A stretch of DNA of 64,000 nucleotides. It comes from Saccostrea cucullata (Eukaryota). Where the stretch lies: positions 1 to 64,000 of the forward strand of contig NW_026941175.1 in the NCBI RefSeq assembly GCF_032062105.1. Reading direction: 5' to 3'. Below are positions 63,552 to 64,000 of this stretch, one piece after another. The translations under genes were made by a program, and so were the position numbers. The notes beneath the pieces were generated by a model. It ran no database searches. It saw nothing but the letters and a program-made list of their open reading frames with translations, and was not told where the DNA came from. Every line of letters begins with the position of its first letter. The first letter of the stretch is position 1.

Positions 63552-64000
63552 CCCCCGTTCACACAGAGCTGCGACTCTATGGCGATCATCCCGATCAAGC
63601 CACGATCTGATTTTTTTCTTTTTGGATCGGGGCAGATCGCAGCCGAAAGGCGTCTAAATAGAGCAATTTGGCAAATTATGGTCTTCGTTACGACCGTACT
63701 ACGATGTCCCTACGTCAAACGCGCTGCTAACACGCTTCTACTACGATGTTACGCAGATCGTTGCCGACAAGCGGCCGTGTTTACTGCGTTTCCGCTACGC
63801 TGCCACTAAGACATTGAAGACCATACTACGACGCTACACAGACCTAGATGACTATACTGCGATGTCGCTACGGTGGTGCCGATCATATTACGTTTGCATT
63901 ACGCTTCTAGTACGATCTTGGCGATGATGTAAATATATCTTGCAACCGCATATTTTTGTAGTACGATTTTAGCGATGATGCATATCATACGACCGCAGTT
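63552..64000. mobile_element. Left end of a PIF/Harbinger-like element, running off the window
   Basis: Abrupt shift to GC/CpG-rich sequence after TTA, terminus CCCCCGTTCACAC and many subterminal TACGA/GCGAT repeats. Confidence 0.55.

Noticed and set aside
63579-63809. GC-rich ORF or CpG-island promoter
   Set aside because: Better explained as subterminal repeats of a Harbinger-like element starting at 63552.

Overview
AT-rich, intron-containing eukaryotic DNA, most likely a bivalve (oyster-type): it carries a ~166-bp Cg170/HindIII-like satellite inside Helentron-type (HINE) elements and Meta-type SINEs. Most ORFs in the supplied track are exon fragments or noise, so genes were rebuilt by hand from GT-AG sites and exon phases. 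Left to right: (1) the 3' ten exons of a + strand type I membrane protein with unnamed Gly/Trp-rich repeats, 3 sushi/CCP domains and a C-terminal TM anchor; (2) three tandem - strand secreted C-type lectin genes, one probably a pseudogene; (3) a two-exon prokineticin/astakine-like 10-Cys secreted protein; (4) a tandem array of four 3-exon genes (three intact, one pseudogene) for a secreted ~300-aa protein with SGLAAS/THND/DWEDIA motifs that I associate with an uncharacterised bacterial beta-propeller-like family, a possible horizontally acquired and expanded family. Several of the unrelated secreted proteins share a C-terminal [VL]IG(K) tail. Introns and spacers contain many non-autonomous transposons (HINE, Kolobok-like TTAA, Harbinger-like, TA-MITEs, Penelope-like RT fragments, SINEs). 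Several insertions can be placed precisely by comparing the paralogous units.
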